Source: Hypanus sabinus (lineage: Eukaryota). Taken from it: a stretch of DNA of 64,000 nucleotides. Below the pieces are notes generated by a model. That model searched no databases, was not told where the DNA came from, and was given only the letters and a program-made list of their open reading frames with translations. Positions 63,639 through 64,000 of this stretch are shown here, piece by piece. Where the stretch lies: the NCBI RefSeq assembly GCF_030144855.1, contig NC_082728.1, forward strand, positions 25,854,001 through 25,918,000, given 5' to 3'. The position numbers were made by a program, and so were the translations under genes. The stretch's first letter is position 1, and the number at the start of each line of letters is the position of its first letter.

Positions 63639-64000
63639 TGTAGCGGTGTGCTACAAGCAGCGCTAAAATTACGACACGGAGTCGGTAACTGCAGTCGAAG
63701 GAAAAAACTTTATTCGAAAACTTCAGCCTCACTTTTAAGCCTCTGTCAACCGGCCCCCCATGGCGAAGAGGCTCCAAAGCTCTGTGCTCGCAAACCCCCG
63801 TAGGCTATCTAATTGTGAGCCGGTTCGGATACGCTAGGAAATGAGCCGCCATATAACCCCCCCCCAGAACCGGCGATACACCCCCCAATGTCCACAGCCT
63901 GGGCCAGAACCTGCTTGGGAGGTCGGCCTCTGCGCCGAGGCGCCGGAAACTCGGCCGGTTGCGCCAGGTCCACATGGGCCGGCTTGAGGCGGTCCACCGT
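63639..64000 (-). mobile_element. Gypsy LTR retrotransposon 3' end: integrase C-terminus, PPT and 3' LTR (63639-63853)
   Basis: Minus ORF ..TVDRLKPAHVDL..RRRGRPPK; G-rich PPT at 63856-63866; LTR with inverted ends TGTAGCGG / CCGCCATA and minus-strand AATAAA (~63708); CpG-rich. Confidence 0.88.

Overview
AT-rich, repeat-dense vertebrate genomic DNA. The repeat content (CR1 LINEs, HE1/V-SINE-like elements, Penelope-like elements) suggests a cartilaginous fish, probably a ray; this assignment is inference. Two host genes are recognisable, both on the + strand. CDC42EP4 (Borg4) has a single coding exon at 36734-37738, a long repeat-free 3'UTR and two candidate CpG-rich upstream promoters (~18.4-19.3 kb and ~28.9-29.9 kb). 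The 5' half of ribosomal protein gene RPL38 has a 5'TOP promoter, a non-coding exon 1, an exon 2 ending in the ATG, and a 61-nt exon 3 encoding PRHICEIKDFLLTARRKDAK; the gene runs off the window. Most other ORFs in the track are decayed transposon fragments or chance ORFs. Transposons seen: several CR1 subfamilies, Rex1/Babar, L1, Penelope-like RT/GIY-YIG relics, a Tc1 relic, a nested palindromic mariner MITE, mini-hAT MITEs, tRNA-derived SINEs, a solo LTR and the 3' end of a young Gypsy element. The most notable signals are (i) a dispersed family of Penelope-derived short elements carrying minimal hammerhead-ribozyme cores, including a 95-bp copy with its own target-site duplication and several fold-back pairs, (ii) two radical substitutions in the normally invariant RPL38 N-terminus, and (iii) a ~590-bp nested palindromic MITE. 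Repeat boundaries are approximate unless a TSD is quoted.
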